Virus record (IMG/VR): IMGVR_UViG_3300031669_000039
Location: 1 to 54,139 of that record
DNA: 54,139 nt
Reading direction: 5' to 3' (one strand)
From: a virus
Lineage: Duplodnaviria > Caudoviricetes
A program made the position numbers and the translations under genes. The notes under the pieces are model-generated. The model saw only the letters and a list, made by a program, of their open reading frames with translations. It ran no database searches and had not been told where the DNA came from. Below are positions 21,365 through 29,018 of the stretch, in pieces (the stretch's first letter is position 1; each line of letters starts with the position of its first letter).

Positions 21365-22590
21365 TAAATGAAAAAATTAGTGGAATTAATATCAAAGGAC
21401 AAGCTAGGATACAGCTTTTTGAAAAGGGTAAAATTATAAAAGATATTCAAAAGGAAAATTTTATTGGGGCGCCAGGTAAGCGTTGGCTTATGGCTTGTGC
21501 ACTAGGGCAGTTACGAAGTTATATAGAAGCCAACGTGACTCGCAAAAAAGGTTTTTTATCATCAAATGATATGTTCAATAGGCTTGTACTGACAGATAAT
21601 GTGGATGAAGTTTTGCAAACTGTTAAAGTAATACCCGGAAATGTTATCGGATGGGCTGATAATGAACCTTATGCGTTAGGGGATATAGACCGAGGCACGA
21701 TTAATGTCGGTGAGTCAGTTTTTGACCCGGATGCATTAACGCTTAAACTCGTTTTTGATTTCGGCACAGATAAAGCTAATGGTACATTTAAAACTGTGGG
21801 GTTTCGAAGTTATTATGCTACATCAGACTACAATGTGAAAATATATCAAGAACTTACTGCTGCTGGAAAGGGTTGTTGTATTAATGGAACCGATATTTAC
21901 TTTAATTATTCCACTAGTCTATATAAGTTTAATGCAACTACAAAACAGACAGTACAACTAAGTAATATACAAAATGGGAGCGTTAAGGGATTTGCTTATT
22001 ATAATAATAAAATATATTATATTTATGATACCGGTACTTATGATCAGGTTTGGGCGTATGATTTAACTACTGACACTAATTCGCAGATTGTGCAACTACC
22101 TGATGATGATAGTTATGGTATATTATTTGATGGGGCTAATTTTTATCGTACCTATAGTTCAGGCGCTTATCGTTTATACAAGTATGATACAGATTGGGCT
22201 TATATATCATTTTCAGTTCTACCCGTCGGATGGACACACGATATTAGTATAGTAAATCCGGGTTGGATTATGAAACCTGATGGCGAAGAATTAGATATGT
22301 CAGATCTTATAACCACAAGGCAAAATGTAATATTAGCAGCAACTAATAGTCAGGTTGTAAAATACGGAGATAATTATTATAAACCAAATTTTGCTGTATT
22401 TTATCCCTCTGTATATGAGAGTTCTACTGATACGGGTTTTGCGCGAGGAAATAATTGTGGTCCCCAAACTGGCTTCGGAGCATGGCAGGGATATCAAAAT
22501 ATGGGGTCGTGTATAGTCTTAGATACCGCAGTAACAAAAAACGATACTCAAACTATGAAGGTGACATACACTTTTAGTATTACATTATAA
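21361..22590 (+). CDS. Tail tip / receptor-binding protein candidate with inserted beta-propeller-like region
   Basis: VFDF.TDKANGTF..VG and C-terminal VTKNDTQTMKVTYTF framing a Tyr-rich beta-repeat middle. Confidence 0.6.
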   Translation: MINEKISGINIKGQARIQLFEKGKIIKDIQKENFIGAPGKRWLMACALGQLRSYIEANVTRKKGFLSSNDMFNRLVLTDNVDEVLQTVKVIPGNVIGWADNEPYALGDIDRGTINVGESVFDPDALTLKLVFDFGTDKANGTFKTVGFRSYYATSDYNVKIYQELTAAGKGCCINGTDIYFNYSTSLYKFNATTKQTVQLSNIQNGSVKGFAYYNNKIYYIYDTGTYDQVWAYDLTTDTNSQIVQLPDDDSYGILFDGANFYRTYSSGAYRLYKYDTDWAYISFSVLPVGWTHDISIVNPGWIMKPDGEELDMSDLITTRQNVILAATNSQVVKYGDNYYKPNFAVFYPSVYESSTDTGFARGNNCGPQTGFGAWQGYQNMGSCIVLDTAVTKNDTQTMKVTYTFSITL

Positions 22591-22632
22591 CTTTATATTA
22601 GGTTAAAAAATATGATAGAGGGGAAACAGAAT

Positions 22633-22983
22633 ATGGAAACATGGATGCAAATGATCATAACCGTTGTCTGTTCAGTTATAGCATCATCGGGTTTTTGGAC
22701 ATATGCTCAGAAAAAAGTCGATCGAAAAGATGTTACTCGAGAGATGCTTCTTGGTCTAGCTCATGACCGTATTATATATCTTGGTTTACAGTATATTGAT
22801 CGTGGAGATTGGATTACACAAGATGAATACGAAAATCTCAATGACTATTTATATAAGCCATATGGTAAAATGGGGGGCAATGGTTCAGCAAATCGTATAA
22901 TGAAGGAAGTAGATAAGTTAAGGATTATCAAATCAACTTATAACTACAAGGAGGTATATTCGGATGATAAAAGAAAAATATAG
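22633..22983 (+). CDS. Holin-like membrane protein
   Basis: N-terminal TM segment (IITVVCSVIASSGFW), LAHDRI, Y.PY.KMGGNG pattern common in lysis modules. Confidence 0.6.
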   Translation: METWMQMIITVVCSVIASSGFWTYAQKKVDRKDVTREMLLGLAHDRIIYLGLQYIDRGDWITQDEYENLNDYLYKPYGKMGGNGSANRIMKEVDKLRIIKSTYNYKEVYSDDKRKI

Positions 22984-23494
22984 ATTTAATAAGCTTACAC
23001 CTAGTGAGTTTATAGGCGAAACAAACGATCCGAAACCGATAGTATCAATTCAATTTCCTGAGAATAATGTTTTACCATTATCAGAATATATTGAAACTGA
23101 TGGTGAGGGCAATATAATTGACCGTTGGATATATGATGGAATTCGGTGGAATTTAAAAACGCCTATAGGAATAACATATCTATATAATAGATATACTAAT
23201 AATGGTGCAATATCAGTAAACATTGAAAATGTTACTACTTCATGGATGTTAAAACATATATCATTACATTTAAGTGGTGTAGGTGTAGGCGGAAATCTTA
23301 TCGTTACAATAAATAAAGGTGCGGGCGTAGTTTATGATATATTGCTCGATGTCCAAGATATGACTGATATTCGTGATTATTTGAATGTTTTTGAATCGGA
23401 AATAATGTTTGAGATCACTGATACATTAGATATTGTTTGGGCTAATCCTAGTAATTTAACATATGGACTTGAAGTAGCTTATATATCAGTATAA
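22964..23494 (+). CDS. Hypothetical (possibly virion) protein
   Basis: AAGGAGG RBS; beta-rich. Confidence 0.55.
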   Translation: MIKEKYRFNKLTPSEFIGETNDPKPIVSIQFPENNVLPLSEYIETDGEGNIIDRWIYDGIRWNLKTPIGITYLYNRYTNNGAISVNIENVTTSWMLKHISLHLSGVGVGGNLIVTINKGAGVVYDILLDVQDMTDIRDYLNVFESEIMFEITDTLDIVWANPSNLTYGLEVAYISV

Positions 23495-23557
23495 TTAAAA
23501 AGTTTAGACTCTATAAAGTAGGAGGCTTAATAATCTAAAAAAGAAGGAGGTGATAGT

Positions 23558-24145
23558 ATGAAATATTTGAATGGAGTACGAGCAACGAACGATGCTGCCC
23601 TTATTGCTATTCAAGCCAAGACAGATAATCTCCCCACAGATCCTGCGGATGAGTCTTTAATAGAAGCGGCTATAACTGCAGCGCACGCTACAACCGATGG
23701 CAAGATAGACACAATAGATGCAAACGTTGATAGTATATTAGCGATTACCGGTGCACCCGTTAGAAAGGTAATAACATTTGCTGATACAGGTGCAGACGTA
23801 CCTGTCTTTACAGTTACTGGTGGAGTCCGGGTTAAAATAATCGTAATATGTACTACTAGTTTGGCATCTGCTGCCGGTTGTACTATAGGTCTTAAAGCTG
23901 GTGATGGTGAACTTATACCCGCAACGTCTTCTACAGATCTTATAGCTGGAGAAATATGGAACGACGCAACTCCTACATTGATGCTGGAAAGATATTATGA
24001 TGCAGTTCTTGATTATGTCATAGGAGATGGCACTGATATTTCCATTGACGTTGAGGATGCAAAACAGGTTGATAGTGGGGTACTTGCTTTCAATCTCACA
24101 TTTGAACCTATAACTGCAGATGGCGCTGTAGTTGCCGCTGCATAG
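23558..24145 (+). CDS. Hypothetical acidic Ala/Thr-rich protein, possibly structural
   Basis: AAGGAGG RBS; helical N-terminus and beta-rich C-terminus. Confidence 0.6.
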   Translation: MKYLNGVRATNDAALIAIQAKTDNLPTDPADESLIEAAITAAHATTDGKIDTIDANVDSILAITGAPVRKVITFADTGADVPVFTVTGGVRVKIIVICTTSLASAAGCTIGLKAGDGELIPATSSTDLIAGEIWNDATPTLMLERYYDAVLDYVIGDGTDISIDVEDAKQVDSGVLAFNLTFEPITADGAVVAAA

Positions 24146-24215
24146 TTGATTTTATAATCATCTTTACAGTCTAAATAATAGGCACATAAGGAGAAAATAT
24201 ATAAAAAAAGGAGGA

Positions 24216-24470
24216 ATGTATAATATGAACAAGATTAAATTTGGTAAATGGATAGTCCTTCTCGTAATTATTCTTAATATTATTTTTACTGCAGTTGTCT
24301 TGTGGGTCTTTTGTCGAACTGGATCAGAACCATCCTCTTTAATAGGTGCATGGTTTGGGTTTACAACAATTGAACTTTGGGCTCTAGCTGGAATTAAAAA
24401 AAAGGAGGTAGAATGCCGTGAACAAGACGAATCTGGGATTGGTGAAATTTGCAAAAAAAACACTAGTTGA
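24216..24470 (+). CDS. Small two-TM membrane protein (holin candidate)
   Basis: Two hydrophobic segments flanking EP..L; overlaps the endolysin start. Confidence 0.6.
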   Translation: MYNMNKIKFGKWIVLLVIILNIIFTAVVLWVFCRTGSEPSSLIGAWFGFTTIELWALAGIKKKEVECREQDESGIGEICKKNTS

Positions 24471-25095
24471 AAATTGGGGTTATGTGAGAGGTACATATGG
24501 TAAAAAGCTTACAGAAACAATTTTACAGGAAAAAATTGAACAATGTGGTACTCATGTAACGAAGTTTCTTGATTTTATCCGGAAAAACTACATGGGAAGG
24601 CGTACAGTTGACTGTGTGTGCTTCATAAAGTCCTATATTTGGTGGGACGATGTTAAGGGAGAGCCAGCATACCAAAAGTATATAAACGGCATTCTTGTGG
24701 ATGTCACTGCAGATAGTATGTTTAATGCCGCAAAGGTAAAAGGTAGGATTGCTACAATACCAGATATTCCTGGGGTTTGTGTCTATAAAACGGGGCATAT
24801 AGGTATATATGCAGGTCATGGACAGGTTATCGAGGCAAAGGGAACCGTTGATGGTGTTGTACAAACTTCCCTGAAAGGTATAGGCTCGAGTAATTGGACG
24901 TTCTGGTTTAAATGTCCATATATCGAATATATTAAAGAAAGTGAACTTATACAGGCAGTAAAGTTTATTTCTGCGAATATTCCCGGAGGGCTAGATATTG
25001 CTGGCTGGACAGGTAGTAATAATACTTGGAAGGCGGAATGGGTAGATACCTTAATAATAAAAATAGCAGATGCTTGGAAAGGAGAAAAAATATGA
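24418..25095 (+). CDS. Endolysin, NlpC/P60-like cysteine peptidase
   Basis: WGYV.G, VDCVCFIK (catalytic Cys), PG......GHIGIY.G.GQVIEA (His); flanked by holin-like genes. Confidence 0.8.
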   Translation: MNKTNLGLVKFAKKTLVENWGYVRGTYGKKLTETILQEKIEQCGTHVTKFLDFIRKNYMGRRTVDCVCFIKSYIWWDDVKGEPAYQKYINGILVDVTADSMFNAAKVKGRIATIPDIPGVCVYKTGHIGIYAGHGQVIEAKGTVDGVVQTSLKGIGSSNWTFWFKCPYIEYIKESELIQAVKFISANIPGGLDIAGWTGSNNTWKAEWVDTLIIKIADAWKGEKI

Positions 25096-25436
25096 AAAAT
25101 AGATTGAGTCTTGCTTGGTTGTACGCTGCACTTATTCGTGCAATTAGAACCGTTGCACAGACGGCACTTGGTATGTTTACTGTAGGGGCTGCTATGAACG
25201 AAGTAAACTGGAAGTATGTAATATCTGTTGCTCTCGTAGCGGGTATATATTCGATCCTGACAAGTCTCGCAACGAATCTTCCTGAATTAGGGGCCGATGG
25301 AGTTCTTCAAATCGATACTTCTAATCCAGCAAAAGATATTTATCGTTTAACACTTAATAACGAGCTTGAAAGTTTACGAACGAAAACATCTATTACACTA
25401 TCTGTAAACGCTTCTGCAAAACTTTCGCAAGAATAA
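25092..25436 (+). CDS. r1t-type holin with soluble C-terminal extension
   Basis: AALIRAIRTVAQTA...VNW...S...S.LTS.A..LPE holin signature; GAAAGGAG RBS before ATG 25092. Confidence 0.8.
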   Translation: MKNRLSLAWLYAALIRAIRTVAQTALGMFTVGAAMNEVNWKYVISVALVAGIYSILTSLATNLPELGADGVLQIDTSNPAKDIYRLTLNNELESLRTKTSITLSVNASAKLSQE

Positions 25437-25452
25437 CTTAGCCTTTAATGAA
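25425..25452 (+). promoter_or_regulatory. Conserved phage promoter motif, copy 1
   Basis: tcgc aagaata act tagcc tttaat gaa. Confidence 0.7.
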
Positions 25453-25483
25453 TGAAGAAAAGTTATTTGAAAGGAGAAAGCGT

Positions 25484-25774
25484 ATGAATATATTCACTAA
25501 ACGAAATAAGAAAACTAATCTTGAGATGGAGATAGACTCAATTTTAGAGTATATGTCAACAATAAAACCTGAATCAGATGGATATACCGCAATAGCGAGT
25601 AATTTGGAAATGCTTTACAGGGCGAAGGGGAATGAAAAACTCTACCGTGTAAGTCCAGATACGATTGCTATTGTAGTATGTAGTCTGATAGAAGTGTTGT
25701 TAATGTTGCATTATGAAAAAATTGGAGTAATTACATCAAAAGTGTTAGGACGTATTTTAAGAGGGCGTGTGTAA
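25484..25774 (+). CDS. Hypothetical protein with C-terminal hydrophobic segment (cassette gene)
   Basis: GAAAGGAG RBS; bracketed by promoter motif and terminator. Confidence 0.7.
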   Translation: MNIFTKRNKKTNLEMEIDSILEYMSTIKPESDGYTAIASNLEMLYRAKGNEKLYRVSPDTIAIVVCSLIEVLLMLHYEKIGVITSKVLGRILRGRV

Positions 25775-25793
25775 CAACACGCTTTCTCTTTTT
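25759..25793 (+). terminator. Intrinsic terminator overlapping the stop codon
   Basis: gagggcgtgt-gtaaca-acacgctttc then T-tract. Confidence 0.8.
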
Positions 25794-25802
25794 ATATTTT
25801 CC

Positions 25803-25830
25803 TCGCAGAAATTACATACTATATAATGAA
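25803..25830 (+). promoter_or_regulatory. Conserved phage promoter motif, copy 2
   Basis: tcgc agaaatt aca tacta tataat gaa. Confidence 0.8.
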
Positions 25831-25915
25831 AGAGATGGTTAGTTGAAAATAGTAGACTAAACGCAGATGAGCATGAGCTATGCGCTCAATAATAGGCATT
25901 CTGTACATCTCTTTT
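25829..25915 (+). ncRNA. Putative structured small RNA 1 (self-closing stem)
   Basis: Perfect 9-bp closing stem aaagagatg/catctcttt; internal arms ttagt/actaa, gcaga/tctgt, tgagc/gctca; no RBS-led ORF. Confidence 0.6.
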
Positions 25916-25975
25916 ATATATTTCGCTAAACTTACAAAGCATATTTTAAAAATTTTTGAAAGGGGGATTATCATT

Positions 25976-26314
25976 ATGAATGATAATACATTTAAATCTA
26001 TTATAAAGGAACAACTGAAACGTTGTACAGATATTCTGACACATAAAACGATGGAGTATGCTACGAACGATAGATTACATAATTTTAAAGTAGCTGCGGC
26101 ATTACAACTTACCACACCAAAGAATGCTCTAGCAGGTATGTTAGCAAAACACACAGTATCTATTTATGACATGTGTAGATCTAATAATACCTATTCAATA
26201 GAGAAGTGGGAGGAAAAGATTACTGATCATATGAATTATCTTATTTTACTTCTGGCTATTATTAAAGAGGCTAAAATCAATGATGAGTCCGCTATTAATA
26301 ATGGTGATTGGTGA
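25976..26314 (+). CDS. Putative all-alpha nucleotide-modification-associated (MazG-like) protein
   Basis: K..EYA..DRLHNFK.AA...AKH..SI.D...W.EKI.D..NYL.LL pattern; family assignment from memory. Confidence 0.5.
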   Translation: MNDNTFKSIIKEQLKRCTDILTHKTMEYATNDRLHNFKVAAALQLTTPKNALAGMLAKHTVSIYDMCRSNNTYSIEKWEEKITDHMNYLILLLAIIKEAKINDESAINNGDW

Positions 26315-26339
26315 GATAATTGAAAAAATTTAAAATTAA

Positions 26340-26368
26340 TCGCGAATAAAACATATGCTCTAATAGAA
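26340..26368 (+). promoter_or_regulatory. Conserved phage promoter motif, copy 3
   Basis: tcgc gaataaa aca tatgc tctaat agaa. Confidence 0.75.
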
Positions 26369-26393
26369 ATCATATTTTGAAAGGGGAATCATT

Positions 26394-26588
26394 ATGAAAC
26401 TTACAGATATAATTGTATCGGTAATAATTAAGAGAGGAATTATTTATGAGGCTCGGAATGTAAATGTGGAATTTACAATTCCAAATATAAAGACGGACCA
26501 AATAGATTTAAGTCAGCTTAAAGGAGTAAAGATACAATTCAAAGCAGATCATATGATACTCAAAATTGATAAAGAAGGAGGAGCTTAG
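26394..26588 (+). CDS. Hypothetical cassette protein
   Basis: GAAAGGGG RBS; own promoter and terminator. Confidence 0.7.
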   Translation: MKLTDIIVSVIIKRGIIYEARNVNVEFTIPNIKTDQIDLSQLKGVKIQFKADHMILKIDKEGGA

Positions 26589-26600
26589 GCTTCTTTCTTT
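26571..26600 (+). terminator. Intrinsic terminator overlapping the stop codon
   Basis: aaagaaggaggagc-ttag-gcttctttcttt. Confidence 0.75.
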
Positions 26601-26616
26601 ATATTTTTAAAAGGAG

Positions 26617-26820
26617 TTGAATTTATCCATGGAAAAAACGAAATGTGTTAAATGTGGTGTGGAACTTAAATGGGGCGGTTTTGCCTATAATCAAGATACT
26701 TGTTGGGCATGCTTCAAAGATATAGTGCTTCTTATATTGTCTAACTTACAAGGCGAAGAAAGAGAAGCTATAGTTTGGATGATGTCAATAATGGCCGAAC
26801 GTTATGATTGTAAATGGTAA
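26617..26820 (+). CDS. Small Zn-finger-like protein
   Basis: CxxC...CxxC; start may be ATG 26629. Confidence 0.55.
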   Translation: MNLSMEKTKCVKCGVELKWGGFAYNQDTCWACFKDIVLLILSNLQGEEREAIVWMMSIMAERYDCKW

Positions 26821-26821
26821 G

Positions 26822-26849
26822 TCGCGGCGTTTACAAGGCCTCTAATGAA
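26822..26849 (+). promoter_or_regulatory. Conserved phage promoter motif, copy 4
   Basis: tcgc ggcgttt aca aggcc tctaat gaa. Confidence 0.75.
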
Positions 26850-26873
26850 ACTATATTTTAAGGAGGAATTATT

Positions 26874-27086
26874 ATGAAATTAAATTCGAAAGAATGTAAG
26901 AAAGCATTGAAAAGATACAGGGGGAAAAATGACATAGAGAAACTAGCAATAAAGATATTATTAGCTAGAAGCGAAGATGTCGTTGATATGCCTGGTATAC
27001 AGGATATGGGTAATAAACGAATTGACGAATTAGCAAACGTAATAGGAAAGATTAGAAGTGATATAGGGATCGAGGGAGAAGTTTAG
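26874..27086 (+). CDS. Hypothetical cassette protein
   Basis: AAGGAGG RBS; promoter upstream and terminator 27072-27100 over the stop. Confidence 0.7.
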   Translation: MKLNSKECKKALKRYRGKNDIEKLAIKILLARSEDVVDMPGIQDMGNKRIDELANVIGKIRSDIGIEGEV

Positions 27087-27153
27087 GCTTCTTTCTTTTT
27101 CGTAGTAAAATAGAACTTATACTGAAAATAAAAAATTGAAGGAGGAGTATAAA

Positions 27154-27411
27154 ATGACTATTTTAGAAAAGAGCAACATTATTAGAACAGTGTTTATGGA
27201 TGGTGTAAAAGCACAACTTAGCCAGGAATGGACTTGGGGAGCAACCGCGGTCATTGGATTACATCAAGGTCTTAAATACAAAGGAAATATTAAGACGGGT
27301 ATATCTGGTGGATTAGCGGTTCTGATAGTGCTCGCTGGCATGAACGGTGCTTACAACATTGCATCGCATTGGGATAAAATTAAAAACGTTCTTAAGGAAA
27401 AAGAGGAGTAA
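27154..27411 (+). CDS. Small membrane protein (cassette)
   Basis: AAGGAGG RBS; hydrophobic segments; degenerate promoter 27100-27126; terminator 27394-27427. Confidence 0.7.
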   Translation: MTILEKSNIIRTVFMDGVKAQLSQEWTWGATAVIGLHQGLKYKGNIKTGISGGLAVLIVLAGMNGAYNIASHWDKIKNVLKEKEE

Positions 27412-27430
27412 AATCCTCTTCCTTTTTACT

Positions 27431-27458
27431 TCGCAGTTAAAACAAAGCTTATAATGAA
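27431..27458 (+). promoter_or_regulatory. Conserved phage promoter motif, copy 5
   Basis: tcgc agttaaa aca aagct tataat gaa. Confidence 0.8.
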
Positions 27459-27483
27459 AATAAAATTTGAAAGGAGAATTATT

Positions 27484-27663
27484 ATGTTCACGACAAGTGA
27501 TAAAGTAGCATTAGGAATCTGTGGGGTTGTAGTCCTCACAGGATTGGTAGTAGTACAAAAAGCATGGAAGGGAATAATAGAAATTCGTGAAAGGAACGTT
27601 TTATTAATGAAAATTACAAAAAGACTTGGAGAGAAGATATTAAAGTCAGAAGAGGCTGAATAA
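27484..27663 (+). CDS. Small single-TM membrane protein (cassette)
   Basis: GAAAGGAG RBS; VALGICGVVVLTGLVVV; terminator 27648-27676 over the stop. Confidence 0.7.
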   Translation: MFTTSDKVALGICGVVVLTGLVVVQKAWKGIIEIRERNVLLMKITKRLGEKILKSEEAE

Positions 27664-27679
27664 GCTTCTCTTTTTTACC

Positions 27680-27707
27680 TCGCGAGAATTGCATAGGTTA
27701 TAATGAA
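27680..27707 (+). promoter_or_regulatory. Conserved phage promoter motif, copy 6
   Basis: tcgc gagaatt gca taggt tataat gaa. Confidence 0.75.
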
Positions 27708-27806
27708 GAGGAAACAACGTAGTAATACGAATGTTGGTACCAAAGAGAAGGTCCCCGCGTTGTTTAGTAAGAGGAAGCAGTTGGATACTCGCTGACACCT
27801 CTTTTT
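27705..27806 (+). ncRNA. Putative structured small RNA 2 / leader upstream of GGDEF gene
   Basis: aagagg/cctctt closing stem plus T-tract; perfect 8-bp arm aaacaacg (27712-19)/cgttgttt (27758-65). Confidence 0.55.
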
Positions 27807-27915
27807 ATATTTCGCTAAATTTATCAACGTAGCATAATGTTTTTGGAGGAGAGGGTTTATGATGAAGACTATAGTTTTTATTAATAATTTTATCTTGAAA
27901 GGAGGAGAGTTTATA

Positions 27916-28464
27916 ATGAAGGTTATAGATTTTATTATGATTTTTATTAAAAAAATGAAAGAAAAAAAAGAAGCTTTAAATATTTCAAGTCTTATGATGG
28001 TATTTGCACACACGACTAAGTCGCGAGAAGAATTATGTTATTTGGCCTTCGTAGACAAATTAACGGATAATTATAACCGGAATATGTTAGAAGAATTTCG
28101 GGAAAAATTTGATACGATGGATATATTTGTTAGTATCGTTGATATAGATAATCTTGAAATGATCAACAGTACAAAAGGCCATCACACAGGTGATAAAACT
28201 GTTAAAAGAGTTGCAAATGACCTCCAAGAATATTCTAATTGGGTATTTAGGCTTAGTGGTGACGAATTTCTTGCTCTTGGTAGTATACCTATTTCTAAAG
28301 ATATTTCCGGAGTATCATATGGCACAGTTTATAAACCATCAAATTTATCTCTCTGTGATGCCATGAGAACTGCTAATTTCTTAATGTGTAAAAGTAAAAA
28401 GAAAAAAATGGAGTTCTTAACGTCTGAGAAAAAGAGGTGGAAAAGTGGAATCTTTAATATTTAA
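27916..28464 (+). CDS. Compact GGDEF-domain (diguanylate cyclase-like) protein 1, SGDEF variant
   Basis: LAFVDKLT..YNR, IVDIDNL..IN...GH..GD, FRLSGDEF; GAAAGGAGG RBS before ATG 27916. Confidence 0.85.
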   Translation: MKVIDFIMIFIKKMKEKKEALNISSLMMVFAHTTKSREELCYLAFVDKLTDNYNRNMLEEFREKFDTMDIFVSIVDIDNLEMINSTKGHHTGDKTVKRVANDLQEYSNWVFRLSGDEFLALGSIPISKDISGVSYGTVYKPSNLSLCDAMRTANFLMCKSKKKKMEFLTSEKKRWKSGIFNI

Positions 28465-28478
28465 AAAGGAGAAAGATT

Positions 28479-28694
28479 ATGGATGATGAGCTAATGGTTT
28501 TATGTAAAAAATTCACCAAAGATCATAAAAATTACAATATATCTTCAAACGCTATAGTTAATGCATTAAAACGTGGTGGAGTTAAAACTATAAATGATCT
28601 AAAAAACGCATCCATAGAGCATATTTTAAAGTTTAGGAGTATTGGAGATAAAAAACTGGATATTATTATTAAAATGAAAGGAGAAGTAAAATGA
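28479..28694 (+). CDS. Stand-alone RNA polymerase alpha-CTD-like (HhH) protein
   Basis: SNAIVNALKRGGVKTINDL...S.EHILKFRSIGDKKLD.I matches the alpha-CTD pattern N.LKRAGI.T..EL.......K.RNLG.KSL.E. Confidence 0.7.
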   Translation: MDDELMVLCKKFTKDHKNYNISSNAIVNALKRGGVKTINDLKNASIEHILKFRSIGDKKLDIIIKMKGEVK

Positions 28695-29017
28695 GAACTA
28701 AAAGCAAAAAAGAAATAAGAGACTGTTCAATAGGCGTTCGATTAACTCCATCCCTTAAGAGAATATTAATTGATGACGGTCTTCCCATCTCTAACATTGT
28801 GGAGTCTGGAATTATATACTTTTTAAAATTATCTACCGAAGATAAAGTAAGATTCCTAGCAAATAATACATTTGAAAAAGTAAATCCGAACGACTTCCAG
28901 AGATTAGAAAAAAGTTTTGATGCATATTTAAATAAATATTTAGAAGAACTTCAGTTAGAAAACCTATATGGGTTAACTCTCGATCAAAAAATTGATATTG
29001 TGTCGAAAGGAGAATAA
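28691..29017 (+). CDS. Putative ribbon-helix-helix-like DNA-binding protein
   Basis: Basic N-terminus, SIGVRLTPSLK..L.....IS.IV..GI pattern. Confidence 0.45.
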   Translation: MRTKSKKEIRDCSIGVRLTPSLKRILIDDGLPISNIVESGIIYFLKLSTEDKVRFLANNTFEKVNPNDFQRLEKSFDAYLNKYLEELQLENLYGLTLDQKIDIVSKGE

Positions 29018-29018
29018 A

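Noticed and set aside
19268-24145. Diversity-generating retroelement targeting tail genes
   Set aside because: No reverse transcriptase ORF and no adenine-variable template/variable repeat pair was seen
27705-27806. Known c-di-GMP riboswitch (class I or II) upstream of the GGDEF gene
   Set aside because: The conserved GEMM-type sequence elements are not recognisable by eye; kept only as an unassigned structured RNA
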